Positions 60,341 through 64,000 of a stretch of 64,000 nucleotides of DNA are shown here, one piece after another; the stretch's first letter is position 1; every line of letters starts with the position of its first letter. The position numbers and the translations under genes were made by a program. The stretch covers positions 232,245 through 296,244 of the forward strand of contig CAVYBH010000001.1 in assembly GCA_963766715.1 (NCBI GenBank). The letters run 5' to 3'. The stretch is from an uncultured delta proteobacterium. Its GTDB lineage: Bacteria > Myxococcota > Myxococcia > Myxococcales > Anaeromyxobacteraceae. The notes below the pieces were generated by a model. It was not told where the DNA came from and did no database searches. It saw only the letters and a program-made list of their open reading frames with translations.

Positions 60341-62659
60341 ATGGCCGGTGAGACTCGCGAGTTCGCGGTGGTGAACGGGGGGGCGACGACGCCTTCCGCG
60401 CCGCCGCCGGCCCCACCTCCGCACGCCCCCGCCCGGGACGACGAGGTCTCGCTCGCCTATTACCTGAACGTCCTCTGGGAGGGGCGCTGGCTCATCGTCG
60501 GGGCGCTCGTCGTGGCGGCGCTGGGGCTCGTCGCCTACCTGGCGATGGCCACGCCCGTCTACGAGTCGGACGTGCTGCTCCAGATCGAGCAGCGCAGGCA
60601 GGGCGGCGCACAGGCCTTCGCCGACCTTCCCACCGCGCTCGCCGGGCCGCAGAGCCAGGCCGACACCGAGATCGAGGTGCTCCAGTCCCGGAAGCTGCTG
60701 GGCAGCGTGGTCGACGCGCTGAACCTCGACGTCTCGGCCACGCCCGTCTACTTCCCGGTCATCGGCCGGGCCTGGGCGCGCCGGCACGGGGGCGCCACGC
60801 CCGCGGCCGCGCCCTGGGGACTCTCCCGCTACGCCTGGGGAGGGGAGAGCATCCACGTCTCCCGGTTCGACGTGCCGCCCGAGCTGGAGGACAGCACGGT
60901 CGTCCTACGTGGTCGTCGCCGGGGCCGGATGGAAGGTTCGAGGTCCGCAACCTGGCCGGCAAGGTGGTGGCCGCCGGCGACGTGGGCCAGGCCGTGACGT
61001 GGGACATGCCCACCGCGACCGGCGCGGGAACGGCCTCGCTCTTCGTGCAGGAGCTCCGCGCCCGGCCGGGCACCGAGTTCTCGCTCACGGAAGGTCTCGC
61101 AGGGCCCGGGCCGTCCGCTCCTTCCGCTCGACGCTCAAGCTCTCGGAGAAGGGGCGCAGGACGAACGTCATCCAGATCACCATGCAGGGGCCGAAGCCCG
61201 CGCTTCTGGTGGCCGCCCTCGACTCGCTCGCCCAGGCCTACCTGCGCCACAACGTGGAGATGCGCTCCGACGAGGCCCAGCGAACCCTCCAGTTCCTCGA
61301 CACGCAGATCCCGATGCTCCGCGACGAGCCTCCAGGGCGCCGAGACGGCGCTTCGAGCAGTACAAGTCGCGGGCCGGAGGCGTGGGCGTGGACCTCACCG
61401 CCGCCACCAAGGCCACGCTCGACCGCACCGTCGAGATGGAGAAGCGGCTCTCCGAGATGGAGCTGCAGCGAAAGGAGCTGCTCTACCGGTTCACGCCGTC
61501 GCACCCGGCCATCCGGGCCGTGGACGAGAAGGTGGCCCAGCTCAAGGCCGAGCGGGAGAGCCTGAACGAGCAGATCCGGCAGCTGCCCGAGGCCGAGTCG
61601 GCGTCGCTTCGGCTCATGCGCGACGTGAAGGTGGCGAACGAGCTCTACGTCACGCTCCTCAACAAGGCCCAGGAGCTGAAGGTGATGAAGAGCGGGCTGG
61701 TGGGGAACGCCCACGTGCTCGACCTGGCCGTCCGCCCCGAGACCCCGGTCTCGCCCAACAAGACCCGGTCCGCGGCCATCGCCATCGCCGCGGGGCTGCT
61801 GCTGGGCGTGGTGCTCGCCTTCGCCCGGAAGGCGCTCCGGCAGGGGCTCGTCGACCCCGCCGACGCCGAGCGGGCCACCGGCCTCCCGGTTCGGGCGAGC
61901 GTGCCGCACAGCGACCGGCAGGCGGCGCTGCAGCGGGAGGCGAAGGGAGGCGGGAACCTGCCCGTCCTCGCCGCGGTCGACCCCACCGACATGGCGGCGG
62001 AGAGCCTGCGGGCGCTCCGGACGTCGCTCCAGTTCGCCCTCATGGAGTCGTCCAACCACATCATCGCCATCGGAGGCCCCCGCCCGGGCGTGGGCAAGTC
62101 CTTCGTCACGATGAACCTGGCGCGGGTCTTCGCGGACACCGGCAAGCGCGTGCTGCTCCTCGACGCCGACCTGCGCAAGGGCTCCTGCACAACTACGTGG
62201 GCATCCACCGGACGCCCGGCCTCGCCGAGGCCATCGCCGGCGACGTGTCCATCGCCGACGTGCTCCACAAGACCGAGATGCCCGGCATCGACTTCGTGCC
62301 CCGCGGGTCGTCGCCGACGAACCCGTCGGAGCTCCTGGGCAGCGAGCGCTTCCGCCACATGGTGGAGGACCTGGCCCGGAGCTACGACATCGTGCTCGTG
62401 GACCTGCCGCCCATCCTGGCGGTGACCGACGCGGCGCTGGTGGGGCGCGTGGCCGGGGTGAACCTCCTCGTCCTCCGGTCGTCCTGGCACCCGGTCCGCG
62501 AGCTCCAGCAGGCGGTGAAGGCCTACGCGGAGAACGGCGTCCGCCTCTCCGGGCTCGTCTTCAACGACGTTCCGCACGGGCAAGGGCGGTCCCGGCAACT
62601 ACGCCTACCAGTACCAGTACCACTACCAGTACAGCTACAAGCCCCGGGACGAGAAGTGA
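60341..62659 (+). CDS. wzc: Polysaccharide co-polymerase tyrosine autokinase (frameshifted)
   Basis: TEIEVLQSR, AESLRALRTSL, Walker A PGVGKS, LLDADLRKG, DLPPILAVTDA, C-terminal YAYQYQYHYQYSY. Confidence 0.94.
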
Positions 62660-62660
62660 C

Positions 62661-63074
62661 ATGAAGAAGACCTTCCTCCTCGCGGTGCTGGCGATCGTGG
62701 TGCTGGGCGGCGGCGCCGTCCTGGCGATCCTCTACTTCACCGGTTCGCCGGCCCACGTGCCGGGCATGGAGGAGGCCGCCGCGCCGACGCCCGCCTACAA
62801 TCCCGCGGTCCCGGGCGCGACCGGCCCCACCGGGGCGGTGGAGAGGCAGCTTCCCGCGAAGATGAACGCGCCTCCCGGCGTCCCCATGGTCCCGCAGGCC
62901 GATCCGCGCGCCGAGAAGATGGAGGCGCAGCGGATGGAGAAGATCGAGAGCGCCATGGACGCGCAGAACCGGCGCGCCCAGGAGCGGATCGAGAAGGCCA
63001 GGAAGCTGCGCGAGCAGGGCGGCACGGCCGCTCCGCCGCCCCCGCGCGCTGATCGCGGATTGCAGGAGACCTGA
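62661..63074 (+). CDS. Hypothetical membrane-anchored Pro-rich/coiled-coil protein
   Basis: N-terminal TM MKKTFLLAVLAIVVLGGG; starts 1 nt after the wzc stop. Confidence 0.7.
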   Translation: MKKTFLLAVLAIVVLGGGAVLAILYFTGSPAHVPGMEEAAAPTPAYNPAVPGATGPTGAVERQLPAKMNAPPGVPMVPQADPRAEKMEAQRMEKIESAMDAQNRRAQERIEKARKLREQGGTAAPPPPRADRGLQET

Positions 63075-63086
63075 TACCCTGGGAGG

Positions 63087-63679
63087 GTGACCGGGCTCTT
63101 CTATCACGACGTGCTGGCCGCCCTGTCGGAGGCGGGCATTGCCCACGTGGTCGTGGGAGGCATGGCGGTGAATCTTCAGGGCGTTCCCGGTTCACCTCCG
63201 ACCTCGACGTGGCGATGGCCGTCGACGGGGGGGCCCTTCCGATGGCTGCCGCGGTCCTGCGCCGGCTGGGCCTCCGGAGTCGGCTTCCGGTGTCCGACGA
63301 GGATCTGGCTCGCCCAGACGTCGTGAAGTCCTGGATCGAGGAGCGGAACCTCGTGGCACTGAGCTTCGTGGACCCTGCCGAGCCCTTGCGGGAAGTGGAC
63401 CTCGTGATCGCGTCGCCGGTGCCGTTCGACGAGATCGAGCGGAATGCCGAGCGGCTGAAGACGGGTGACCTCGGGTTCAAGGTGGCGAGCGTCGACGTGC
63501 TCATCCGGATGAAGCGTGGCTTCGTCCACCATCACTCCGACGAGGAACTGCGCGCCTACGCCAAGCTCACGGTCGAGCAGAAGATGCGGTGGCTCCATGA
63601 GGCCTGGCGCTTCACGGCCGACGCCCTCCCGCCTGATCGGCGAGAGGCCTGGATGCGCATGAGGCGCGGCGAGACCTGA
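63087..63679 (+). CDS. Nucleotidyltransferase (AbiEii/DUF6036-like) fused to a small helical partner protein; frameshift near 63190
   Basis: VVVGGMAVNLQGVPRFTSDLDV after correction, ASVDVLIRMK, then RGFVHHHSDEELRAYAKLTVEQKMRWL. Confidence 0.7.
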
Positions 63680-64000
63680 GATTCGACCGCAATTGCCGCC
63701 GCGATTGCGTCCCAATTGCGTGCCATATTCCCGTTGTGACCCTTCACAGAAAGTGACGATCGCCCGGGGGCCTCGCTTCGTGGCAAGGCGCTCATCCGAA
63801 GGCGTTCCCTCGTTCGGCTGCCTGGAAGAGTCCAGATTCCAGTTTATTTCGTGGTTCCGGGCATGTAGGGCGGTGTAGGCCCTTCGGGCAGGAGTCGAAA
63901 GGACGTCACTCGATCCAGGGACTCCAAAAATGACAGCGATCAAGAAAAAGCCCTTAAGCGTGTTTTTATGCGTAACGGGTATTGGGGACACTCAAAAGGC

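Noticed and set aside
21746..62659. Mass pseudogenisation of the glycan locus
   Set aside because: Catalytic motifs are retained and the lesions are mostly single-base indels like the one in dnaE, so sequencing error is more likely
63705..63730. Possible sigma54 promoter on the minus strand (TGGCACGCAATTGG)
   Set aside because: Spacing is one base short and the -12 GC is absent
63176..63991. 271-aa minus-strand ORF at the window end
   Set aside because: Mostly antisense to the nucleotidyltransferase gene, atypical codon usage and no recognisable motif

Overview
High-GC bacterial DNA; gene content and style suggest Anaeromyxobacter or another myxobacterium (inference, no search run). Many single-base indels, including one in the essential dnaE, point to an error-prone long-read assembly, so split genes are reported as frameshifted CDS with approximate boundaries, not as pseudogenes. 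1-10.9 kb is housekeeping: threonine dehydratase, LuxR regulator, MFS transporter, dnaE, SRPBCC, GT4, esterase, DgkA. About 10.9-63 kb is one very large mosaic surface-polysaccharide locus: wzi, an inserted HNH gene, aminotransferase/PGT, gmd-fcl, rmlACBD, an OPX/PCP export pair, wzx/wzy, GT11, a GDP-heptose module, an fnlA/qnlA/qnlB-type module, wecA/capD, rfbFGH, gtrB/gtrA and wzb-wza-wzc. The most interesting part is 44.6-57 kb, where CDP-3,6-dideoxyhexose genes sit with a ThDP enzyme, an orphan NeuB-like synthase, a divergent AroB-like enzyme, two related SDRs and a GtrB/GtrA pair. I infer a candidate pathway for a higher-carbon branched (caryophyllose-like) or carbocyclic sugar. Other oddities: a perfect 22-bp palindrome inside the HNH gene, a truncated beta-barrel gene abutting the wzb start codon, an apparent microhomology fusion of a nucleotidyltransferase with its small partner gene, and a three-domain HddC-GmhB-P-loop protein. 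No rRNA, tRNA, CRISPR array or transposase was seen.
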